A stretch of DNA of 64,000 bases from an uncultured Phycisphaerales bacterium (lineage in GTDB: Bacteria > Planctomycetota > Phycisphaerae > Phycisphaerales > SM1A02). Below the pieces are notes generated by a model, which saw only the letters and a program-made list of their open reading frames with translations, did no database searches and had not been told where the DNA came from. The stretch covers positions 48,457 to 112,456 of the forward strand of contig CALKEP010000004.1 of NCBI GenBank assembly GCA_938084645.1. Reading direction: 5' to 3'. Numbering within the stretch: the stretch's first letter is position 1; each line of letters begins with the position of its first letter. This document shows positions 1-8,093 of the stretch, piece after piece. The position numbers and the translations under genes were made by a program.

Positions 1-350
1 CCGACCAGCGGCACGTCGAGCACCCGGTCGCCGAGGACCAGGGGAAGAACCCGGGCGAGGTCGCCCTCGACCAGCGTCTCGATCTCCTCGGTTCGAAGCT
101 CGCGATCGGGCGGCGATCTGAAGTAGAGCGCCGAGAGCACCAGATCGATGGGTGCGCCCGGAGCACCGGCGACCAGCGGCGTCGCGGCGCCGCGGGCTCG
201 CAGCGCTCGTTCTCCCGCCTGCACGAGGTTCTCCACCGCGATCGGCAGGAAGCCGACGATGAACAACGCCGCGATCAGCAGCGCCGATCGCTGGCGATGA
301 TGCAGCAGATGCCGACGTGCGAGGAACATCGAGTGCCGGATCGCGTTCAC
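1..350 (-). CDS. ABC transporter permease, FtsX/MacB-like (5' part only; runs off the window)
   Basis: GTG start overlaps the ATPase stop (GTGA). My translation MNAIRHSMFLARRHLLHHRQRSALLIAALFIVGFLP...TPLVAGAPGAPIDLVLSALYF shows an N-terminal TM segment followed by a periplasmic region. Confidence 0.75.
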   Translation of the reverse strand, partial: MNAIRHSMFLARRHLLHHRQRSALLIAALFIVGFLPIAVENLVQAGERALRARGAATPLVAGAPGAPIDLVLSALYFRSPPDRELRTEEIETLVEGDLARVLPLVLGDRVLDVPLV

Positions 351-1018
351 GCGGGCACCTCCGTCCCGAGATCGATCACACGGTCGAACGCGTCGAGCAG
401 GTCGTGGTCATGGGTCACCGCGAGCAGGGCCGCATCACGGTCCCGGGCGGCGCCGAGGAGGGCCTCGAGAATGACCCGCTTGTTCGATGGATCGAGGTTG
501 CCGGTGGGTTCGTCGGCGAGCACGAGTCCCGGATCGGTGGCGAGGGCCCGGGCGATCGCGGTTCGTTGTCGCTCACCGTGACTGAGCCGACCGATCGGAC
601 GCCGTCGAAGGTGCCCGATGCCGAGCCGCTCCAGCAGATCGAGGACCCGCGATCGAGCCGCGGCATCGGCACGAAGGCCACCGAGCCGGAACGGCAGCAT
701 CGCGTTCTCCTCGACGTCGAGATGGTCGAGCAGGCGGAAGTCCTGGAAGACGAATCCGATCGAACGGAGCCGAAGCGCCCGCATGGCGGCCTCGCCGAGT
801 CCGGCCACGTCGACCCCGTCGAGCCGGACGGTCCCGGTGCGGGGCCGCAGCGTGCCGGCGGCGAGACGAAGCAACGTGGACTTGCCGCAGCCGCTCGGGC
901 CGATCACCGCGACCGTCTCACCTCGCTCGACCGAGAGCCCCTCGAGTCGCAAGGTGAATCCGTCACCTTCCCCCCGGGCGGCGGGGTAGTCGAATTGGAC
1001 GTCGTCGATGAGGAGCAT
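347..1018 (-). CDS. ABC transporter ATP-binding protein (LolD/MacB-like)
   Basis: Walker A GPSGCGKST, FVFQ Q-loop, LSHGERQR signature, LADEPTGNLD, VTHD. Start set at MLLIDD (1018). Confidence 0.93.
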   Translation of the reverse strand: MLLIDDVQFDYPAARGEGDGFTLRLEGLSVERGETVAVIGPSGCGKSTLLRLAAGTLRPRTGTVRLDGVDVAGLGEAAMRALRLRSIGFVFQDFRLLDHLDVEENAMLPFRLGGLRADAAARSRVLDLLERLGIGHLRRRPIGRLSHGERQRTAIARALATDPGLVLADEPTGNLDPSNKRVILEALLGAARDRDAALLAVTHDHDLLDAFDRVIDLGTEVPA

Positions 1019-1052
1019 CGGAGTACGATACCGCACTCCAAGGGAGCCCCTC

Positions 1053-2018
1053 ATGAACCGACTCTCGCTTTCTTCCATGGTCCGCTCGAACGCCTGGTCG
1101 CGCTCGACCCTCGTGATGCTCGTCGCGGCCTCCATCGGCCTCGCCGGCTGTGGCGGGAACGACGACGAAATCGATGCACGAGACCCGGCGGAACCTCGAT
1201 CCATCGCCGTTTCGAACCACCCGCTCGCCTTCTTCGCCACCCGCATCGGCGGAGACCGGGTGGACGTCCGCTGGCTGGTCCCGGACGGCGTCGACCCGGC
1301 GACGTGGTCGCCGAACGGAGACGATCTCGCCGCGATGCAGTCCGCCGATCTGATCCTGCTCAACGGCGCGACCTACGAACCCTGGCGAGCGACCGCGAGT
1401 CTTCCACGGGATCGCGTGGTCGACACCACCGCCGCGATCCGGAGCGTCCTCATCGAGACGGAGGAAGGACCGGTCCACGCCCACGGCCCCGAAGGGGAAC
1501 ACACGCATCGGGGAACCGCGTCGACGACCTGGATCGATCCGAAACTGGCCATCGCCCAGTCGGCCGCGGTGGAGAAGGCCCTGTCTGCCCTGATGCCGGC
1601 GCATCAGGATCAGTTCCGCTCGAACCGCGGGGTCCTGATCCGCGAACTCGAAGAGCGGGCCGCCCCGATCGAACAGGCGGTGAACACCGATCCCGATCGC
1701 CCCGTCATCTTCAGCCGTCCGGTCTACCAATACCTCGCTCGGCGATTTCGAATGAACGGCGAGACCCTCGACTGGAACGGCTCGACGTCGCCGAGTGACC
1801 AGGACCTCGCGGAGCTCGAGGAACTGCTCGAAGGCCATCCCGCCGCCTGGATGATCTGGCCCGAGGCCCCGCCGGAAGCGACCGTCTCGCTGCTCCGGGA
1901 GCGTGGCATCGAATGCGTGGTCGTCCCGATCGCGGGCGCCCCTCCCGTCGACGGCGACCTGCTCACCGCGATGGACGAGACCGCCGCCGCGCTCCGTCGG
2001 GTCTACGAATTCGATTGA
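1053..2018 (+). CDS. Cluster A-I (ZnuA/TroA-like) substrate-binding lipoprotein with a degenerate metal site
   Basis: Lipobox LAGC, ADLILLNGATYEPW, His-rich loop HAHGPEGEHTH, TWIDP. GGAG RBS before ATG 1053. Confidence 0.82.
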   Translation: MNRLSLSSMVRSNAWSRSTLVMLVAASIGLAGCGGNDDEIDARDPAEPRSIAVSNHPLAFFATRIGGDRVDVRWLVPDGVDPATWSPNGDDLAAMQSADLILLNGATYEPWRATASLPRDRVVDTTAAIRSVLIETEEGPVHAHGPEGEHTHRGTASTTWIDPKLAIAQSAAVEKALSALMPAHQDQFRSNRGVLIRELEERAAPIEQAVNTDPDRPVIFSRPVYQYLARRFRMNGETLDWNGSTSPSDQDLAELEELLEGHPAAWMIWPEAPPEATVSLLRERGIECVVVPIAGAPPVDGDLLTAMDETAAALRRVYEFD

Positions 2019-3232
2019 TCGATCGGACGACCGATCACCGCGACGGTCCTTCGCCCGAGGCGGAGTCCGTGGACCTCGACGATTTCCGTGCCGGCCGGTC
2101 CCGCGAGTGACGCGAGCCGCCGCGTCCAATCATCGGCGTCGACGGCGCCTCCCCGCGTCCGGACCACCACCTGCCTCGGATTCGGGGTCGACCTCTTGAT
2201 CGCGTCGACGATCGCATCCGGCCGCGGCGCGACCACCGCGTCGATCGAGATCGCCCGGAACCAGTCGTCCCGGCCGTCCCCGACCGCTCGTTCGACCCGC
2301 GTCCGGTCGACCACGGCGAGCCCGAGCCCCACGGCGGGTTCGACGTCGATCCCCTCGATTCCGAGCTGTTCCCGAAGCACGAGCGGCCCGAGTCCGACCC
2401 GTTCGACCGCGGGATGGAATTCCAGCAGAGCGCCTTCCAGTTCGATCGGCCCCGATCGCAGCGCCGCCGGCTCGCCTTCGAGGATCCGACCGGACGGCAG
2501 ATCGACGGCTTCCACCGAAGCCGGGCGGGCGAGTCGGCCGGTCCAGACGATCGCCTGCACCAGTCGGCCGGACTCCGCGATGATCGACACGGACTGCCGG
2601 TCGTGGAACACGGGCGGCGGCATCGGCAGTCCCGGCCCCAGCTTGATTCCCGCGCCCTCGGCCTCTGCGGCGATCCGGCGAATCACGTCGATGCCGGGCA
2701 CCAGGTCCTCGAGCCGCCACGAACGACGGCCACTCGACTCGTCTCGACGGGCGGGATCCAGGTGCACCAGGGGACGATCGATCGGCACCGATTCGACGTC
2801 GCCCACGATCGTCTCGATGCCCGCGTTGTGCCCGGCCATGAACGCCCGAACCGGATCGCGGTCGACGCCGACGCACGGTCCCCGATCCGCCAGCGCCATC
2901 GCGTCACCTCCGATCCCACAACAGAGATCCAGCACGGGGTCCGATCCGAATCGCGTCGCCTTCCACGACGCCACGGTGTCGCTGGTGGCCTGCTCGACGC
3001 CAACTCGATCGAGCAGCAGTCGAGCCGGATCGTGGAACTTGGCGGCGGCCCGTCGGCGAGCTCCCGCCAGCTCGAGCGCCTCGGGGATCGGCCCCGCGGG
3101 ATGATCGCGGCGGAGTCTGGTCAACGCCGATGGCGTCACGCCCGCCGCCTCGATTTCGGCGGCGGCCGCAAGCAGCGATTCGGCCTCCGGAGCGGCAAGC
3201 GTCCGCCAGGCGTCGAGACGATCATCGGCCAT
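2003..3232 (-). CDS. Class I SAM-dependent methyltransferase (EQAT / DPARR family, probable THUMP-like C-terminus)
   Basis: EQATS, DLCCGIGGD SAM motif, LDPARR, IKLGPG. Confidence 0.8.
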   Translation of the reverse strand: MADDRLDAWRTLAAPEAESLLAAAAEIEAAGVTPSALTRLRRDHPAGPIPEALELAGARRRAAAKFHDPARLLLDRVGVEQATSDTVASWKATRFGSDPVLDLCCGIGGDAMALADRGPCVGVDRDPVRAFMAGHNAGIETIVGDVESVPIDRPLVHLDPARRDESSGRRSWRLEDLVPGIDVIRRIAAEAEGAGIKLGPGLPMPPPVFHDRQSVSIIAESGRLVQAIVWTGRLARPASVEAVDLPSGRILEGEPAALRSGPIELEGALLEFHPAVERVGLGPLVLREQLGIEGIDVEPAVGLGLAVVDRTRVERAVGDGRDDWFRAISIDAVVAPRPDAIVDAIKRSTPNPRQVVVRTRGGAVDADDWTRRLASLAGPAGTEIVEVHGLRLGRRTVAVIGRPIDQSNS

Positions 3233-3395
3233 CCACGAACTCTACCAGTCCGCGATCCGTCGACTTCGCCGTCACGTGGGCTTCCCCTCGATACGGCGCC
3301 ATCGCAACGGCGTTAGCATCTCGCTCCAACCGTGTGGATCCCGACGTCCGTGGTCCCTCGAACCCAAGCCCCGTCGTTCCCTGGAGCGCCCCACC

Positions 3396-3950
3396 ATGCC
3401 CGACATTCGATCCGCCGACGTGATGCGTGCCTCCGGAACATTCGCCATCGCCGAGGGCGTCTTCCTCGTGCTGGGTGGTGCGATGCTGGTCGTCGCCCCG
3501 TTCGCCTCGGTGGTGCTCCTCACCCAGTTCACGGGCGCGTTCCTCCTGCTGGCCGGCATCGTCGGCACCATCCGGGCCGCGGGAAGCCCCTCGGGCCAGC
3601 ACGGCAGCGGCGCCGGCATCTTCGGACCGATCATCGCCGCGATCGCGGGTCTCATCCTGCTCCTCGATCCGACGCTGTCCGCCGCCTTCCTCGCGAAGGT
3701 CCTCGGCGCGATCCTCCTGATCACCGGGGCGATGCAGATCGCGGCGGCGTGCGGGATGCGAGGACGCGATCAGTGGACGCTGATGCTCGCGGGCGGCATC
3801 GTCACCCTCCTGCTCGGGCTCGTGGTCTTCATGATGCCCGGTGTCGCGATCCTCGTCTTCGCGGTGTTCACCGGCGTCCAACTGCTCTTCCTCGGCATCA
3901 TGATGATCCGGGGCGGTCGCGAGATCCGTCGGGTCGCCCCGCGAGGCTGA
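3396..3950 (+). CDS. HdeD/DUF308-family membrane protein
   Basis: About six hydrophobic helices in Gly-rich repeated pairs; GGAG RBS before ATG 3396. Confidence 0.72.
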   Translation: MPDIRSADVMRASGTFAIAEGVFLVLGGAMLVVAPFASVVLLTQFTGAFLLLAGIVGTIRAAGSPSGQHGSGAGIFGPIIAAIAGLILLLDPTLSAAFLAKVLGAILLITGAMQIAAACGMRGRDQWTLMLAGGIVTLLLGLVVFMMPGVAILVFAVFTGVQLLFLGIMMIRGGREIRRVAPRG

Positions 3951-3974
3951 TCCGTGGCGTTCTTCGGAGACGGC

Positions 3975-4943
3975 ATGTCCATCCGCGAATTCCTCCGACA
4001 TCACTACCGCCACTTCAACGCCGCGACGCTGGTCGACGCGGCGGAGGGTTACTGCGATCATCTCGCGTCCGACGGCCGCATGATGGTGACGCTCGCCGGT
4101 GCGATGAGCACCGCCGAACTCGGCGTGTCGCTCGCCCGCATGATCCGCGAGGACAAGGTCCACGCGATCTGCTGCACGGGGGCGAACCTCGAGGAGGACA
4201 TCTTCAATCTGGTCGCCCACGATCACTACGAGCGGATCCCGGACTGGCGGGCCCTCACCGCGGCCGACGAACAGGGCCTGCTCGATCGGCATCTCAACCG
4301 CGTGACCGACACCTGCATCCCGGAGGAGGAGGCGTTCCGGCGGTTGGAGGATCTGCTGGTCGAACAATGGCAACGCCTCGCGGCGGACGGAGCGCGTGAC
4401 TTTCCGCATCGAATCCTCTATCGAATGATCCGCGAAGGCCGGCTCGACCGACATCACCAGATCGATCCGCGTGATTCCTGGATGGTCGCGGCCGCGGAGA
4501 AGGACCTTCCGATGTTCGTGCCGGGTTGGGAGGACTCGACCTCGGGCAACGTGTTCGCCGCCCACTGCATCGCGGGCGACGTGCCCGATCCCAATCTGAT
4601 CAAGGGCGGGATCGAATACATGATCGAGCTCGCGTCGTGGTACACCGAGTTCACCCGGGAGCGATCGCTGGGCTTCTTCCAGATCGGTGGCGGCATCGCG
4701 GGCGACTTCCCGATCTGCGTGGTCCCGATGCTCCACCAGGATCTCGGCCGCGAGAACGTGCCGCTCTGGGGCTACTTCTGTCAGATCGGCGACTCCACGA
4801 CCAGCTACGGGAGCTACTCCGGCGCGGTCCCCAACGAGAAGATCACCTGGGGCAAGCTCGCCGCGGACACCCCGAAGTTCATGATCGAATCCGACGCGAC
4901 CATCGTCGCGCCCTTGATCTTCCAGTACGTCCTCGAATCCTGA
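3975..4943 (+). CDS. Deoxyhypusine synthase-like protein (probable homospermidine synthase)
   Basis: HFNAA, LAGAMST, CTGANLEED, GGGIAGDF, YSGAVPNEKITWGK (catalytic Lys region), ESDATIVAP. GGAGA RBS before ATG 3975. Confidence 0.9.
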   Translation: MSIREFLRHHYRHFNAATLVDAAEGYCDHLASDGRMMVTLAGAMSTAELGVSLARMIREDKVHAICCTGANLEEDIFNLVAHDHYERIPDWRALTAADEQGLLDRHLNRVTDTCIPEEEAFRRLEDLLVEQWQRLAADGARDFPHRILYRMIREGRLDRHHQIDPRDSWMVAAAEKDLPMFVPGWEDSTSGNVFAAHCIAGDVPDPNLIKGGIEYMIELASWYTEFTRERSLGFFQIGGGIAGDFPICVVPMLHQDLGRENVPLWGYFCQIGDSTTSYGSYSGAVPNEKITWGKLAADTPKFMIESDATIVAPLIFQYVLES

Positions 4944-5624
4944 TCACGCGGGACGACGTCGGAAGAGGGCACGGAACCGACGATTCGGCGGATCCTCGCC
5001 GTCGGTGAAGTCCTCCCACGATTCGAGCACCAGCCCGCCGGTCTCGAAGCCGCCGCACTCCACACGACTGATCGGCCAGGGAGGACCTTCGAGATCCGCG
5101 TCGACGTCGTCGTCGCGTCCCCGCATCACCGCGAGGAGCACGCCGCCGGGCGCGACACAGTCGGCGACCGCGCCGAAGCCCCCGGTCCGATCGGACGGCG
5201 GAATCGCCTGCAGGGTGTACACCTCGAGCACGAGATCGAAGCCGTCGCGGCGATAGTGGTCCGGGAGTTGGAAGAGATCCCGGACTTCGTAGCGGACCCG
5301 CGAGTCCGGGTGCCTGCTTCGGCAACCTTCGATCGCCGACGGCGAGATGTCGAACGCGGTCACGTCGAAACCGAGGTCGGCGAGCGCTTCGGCGTCGTCG
5401 CCGAAGCCGCATCCGAGCACCAGGGCGCGGCCGCCGGTCGGCATCCCGGGCAGCGCCATTCCCGCCACGAAATGCGGATTCGGCGCATCGTCCGCCCAGG
5501 GGACGAGTTCGGTTCGACCGGCCGCGTCGCGGTACAGCGATTCGAACCAGTCGCACGGCGCGCCACGGGCGCGGGCGGCGCGAACGAGCCCGTCGATCTT
5601 CGTTCGCAGCGCCTCGGGTTCCAT
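4944..5624 (-). CDS. Class I SAM-dependent methyltransferase (TPMT-like)
   Basis: WFESLY...VPW, VLGCGFGDDA, AFDIS, GPPWP. Confidence 0.82.
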   Translation of the reverse strand: MEPEALRTKIDGLVRAARARGAPCDWFESLYRDAAGRTELVPWADDAPNPHFVAGMALPGMPTGGRALVLGCGFGDDAEALADLGFDVTAFDISPSAIEGCRSRHPDSRVRYEVRDLFQLPDHYRRDGFDLVLEVYTLQAIPPSDRTGGFGAVADCVAPGGVLLAVMRGRDDDVDADLEGPPWPISRVECGGFETGGLVLESWEDFTDGEDPPNRRFRALFRRRPA

Positions 5625-5649
5625 TCCCGGATCGTATCCGACGGCGTGG

Positions 5650-6537
5650 TCAGGTTCCGCGAGCCGCGAGGATCTCCGCCAGCACCCGGTGCACCAGCTT
5701 CGCGGCGAGGAAGTCGCACGCCCAGTGCGCCGGATGCGGGAGCAGTTCGACCACGTCGAATCCGATCACGTTCCGGCGGGCCGCCAGCCGGCCGACGAAG
5801 GCGTTCACGGTGCGCCAGTCGAGTCCCCCGGGCTCGGGCGTTCCCGTCGCCGGCATGCTTCCGGAATCGAAGGCGTCGAGATCGATCGTCAGATACACGT
5901 CCTCGGGGACGAGATCGATCGCTCGATCCATCCAGGCGTCGTCGGTCGCCTCGAGGATCTCGTGGGCCGGAAACACCCGGTCGTGATCCATGGTGTCGTA
6001 CTCGCTTCGGTCGATCGCGCGAATCCCGACCTGCACGATGTCCGCGACCTCGCGGGCCCGGGCCATGACGCACGCATGATTGAACGGTGAACCGTGATAC
6101 GACTCGCGGGTGTCGCCGTGGGCATCGATCTGGACGACCCCCATCCGGGCTCCTCCGGATCGCACCGCCGCCGCGGCCGCCCGGATCGCGCCGATCGAGA
6201 CGGAATGTTCGCCCCCGAGGAGGATCGGCATCGAACCGCCCTCGATCACCTCCGTCACCACCTGCTCGACGATGTCCGCGAGCGTCGCGGGGTCGCCGTC
6301 GTGAAGAATGGGCGGCCCGGTGAGGATGCCGGCGCGATGCGGTTCGATCAACGTCTGGAGATCGAAGAGTTCGACCTCCGCACTCGCTTCGAGGAGCGCC
6401 GCGGGCCCACGGTCGGCTCCCTTGCGCCAGGTGCTGGTCGCGTCGTACGGAACCGGAACGATGACCGCCGCCGGAACCCCTTCCGGCGGATCGACCCCCA
6501 GAAACGCGGGGAGGACGGATTCGTCTTGATCGTTCAT
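5650..6537 (-). CDS. speB: Agmatinase
   Basis: Ureohydrolase motifs GGEHS, QIDAHGD, DLDAFD, PATGTPEPGG; near speA. Confidence 0.9.
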   Translation of the reverse strand: MNDQDESVLPAFLGVDPPEGVPAAVIVPVPYDATSTWRKGADRGPAALLEASAEVELFDLQTLIEPHRAGILTGPPILHDGDPATLADIVEQVVTEVIEGGSMPILLGGEHSVSIGAIRAAAAAVRSGGARMGVVQIDAHGDTRESYHGSPFNHACVMARAREVADIVQVGIRAIDRSEYDTMDHDRVFPAHEILEATDDAWMDRAIDLVPEDVYLTIDLDAFDSGSMPATGTPEPGGLDWRTVNAFVGRLAARRNVIGFDVVELLPHPAHWACDFLAAKLVHRVLAEILAARGT

Positions 6538-6659
6538 GGCGACATGCTTCCGGCCGGGAGGAGGATTCGACGACCGGAAGTGTACGATCCGGCGGGTCGG
6601 CCGACCGAAGCCGTCACGTCATGATCACGTCCTCGGACCATGTCGGATAGATTCGAGAC

Positions 6660-8069
6660 ATGAACGCCGCCCCCCGGACCGGACCGACCGTCCGCCAGTC
6701 CACCATCATGATCATCGCCACGAGCTTCGCGGCGTTTCTCGCCGGCCTTGCGGCGCTCTACTTCGTCTATGCGGACCGGGCCGGCGGACGAGCGGTCGAC
6801 TGGCTTTCCGGTCGTGTGGAGTTTCTCGGAATCTCCATCACGGGGGTCTGGACGGTGATCCTCCCCGCCCTCGGCGTCGCGATCACCATGCCGCTCATCG
6901 TCTGGCTTCAACGACGCTTCTTTCCGGGCACCGAAGGCACCGGAATCCCCCAGGCCATCGCGGCGATCCAGATCGGCGAGCGACCCGAGCGCGGCCTCAT
7001 GCTCTCGGTTCGGATCGCCATCGGGAAGATCCTCCTGTTGAGCATGGCCCTGATCTCCGGAATCACGGTCGGACGCGAAGGGCCCTCCGTCCACGTGGCC
7101 GCGTGCTGCATGCATCTCAGCCGTCGCTTCTGTCGTTTCCATCCATGGCTCGTCCAGCGGGGCCTGATCCTCGCCGGGTCGGCCGCGGGCATCGCCGCGG
7201 CGTTCAACGCACCGGTCGCCGGCGTCATCTTCTGTTTCGAGGAGGTCGGCCGGATCTTCGACAAGCAGAGCGCCATCGCGATCATCCGGACCGTGGCGAT
7301 CGCGTGCCTGGTCGGCGTGGTCTTCCTCGGTGACTACGAGTTCTACGGATCGAGCAACAGCGGCGCAGGTCTGCCGCTTTCGATCGACGGCGATTTCGGC
7401 GCCTGGTTGCTCGAACTGCGGCAGTGGATCGCGGTGCCCGTGGTCGGAGTCCTCGGTGGTTTCCTCGGCGGCTGGTTCGGTCGCGGCGTGGTCGGCGGCA
7501 GCCGACGCCTCGCGCCGTTCCTCATGGCGAATCCGCTCCGCACCGGCATCGTGCTGGGGCTGGCCCTGGCCGCCACCGGTGTGCTCTCCGGCGGGTCGAG
7601 TTACGGCGGAGGCCACGACCAGGCGGAACAGATGCTCGAGACCGCGGCGGCGACCAACGCCCCCATCGCGACCTGGAGCGATCCGCTCGGCAAGGCCGTC
7701 GCGAGTTTCACCAGCCTGATCAGCGGCATCCCCGGCGGGCTCTTCGATCCCAGCCTCGCGGTCGGCGCGGGTCTCGGGCAGCTGACGCACGGCTTCTTCG
7801 AAGGCACCATCGCCCCCGGAATCGGCCTGCCCGAATTCATGCTGATCTTCATGGCCGCCTACTTCGCCGGCGTCGTCCAGAGTCCGATCACGGTCTTCGC
7901 GATCCTCTTCGAGATGACCGGGGCGTACGGGATGATCCTGCCCCTCATGTTCGCCGCCACCGTCGGGGCCTCCGTGGCCGGTCGCATCTGCGAGCCTTCG
8001 ATCTACGAGGCGCTCGCCGCGTCGTTTCTCGAGGCCAAGGGCGTTCGAACCGATCCTCGGACCGATTGA
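6660..8069 (+). CDS. ClC-family chloride channel or Cl-/H+ antiporter
   Basis: GTGIPQ, GREGP, AAAFNAPVAG, GGLFDP, C-terminal SIY; many TM helices. Confidence 0.92.
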   Translation: MNAAPRTGPTVRQSTIMIIATSFAAFLAGLAALYFVYADRAGGRAVDWLSGRVEFLGISITGVWTVILPALGVAITMPLIVWLQRRFFPGTEGTGIPQAIAAIQIGERPERGLMLSVRIAIGKILLLSMALISGITVGREGPSVHVAACCMHLSRRFCRFHPWLVQRGLILAGSAAGIAAAFNAPVAGVIFCFEEVGRIFDKQSAIAIIRTVAIACLVGVVFLGDYEFYGSSNSGAGLPLSIDGDFGAWLLELRQWIAVPVVGVLGGFLGGWFGRGVVGGSRRLAPFLMANPLRTGIVLGLALAATGVLSGGSSYGGGHDQAEQMLETAAATNAPIATWSDPLGKAVASFTSLISGIPGGLFDPSLAVGAGLGQLTHGFFEGTIAPGIGLPEFMLIFMAAYFAGVVQSPITVFAILFEMTGAYGMILPLMFAATVGASVAGRICEPSIYEALAASFLEAKGVRTDPRTD

Positions 8070-8093
8070 TTCCGGCATCCGCCGGTTCGGCCC

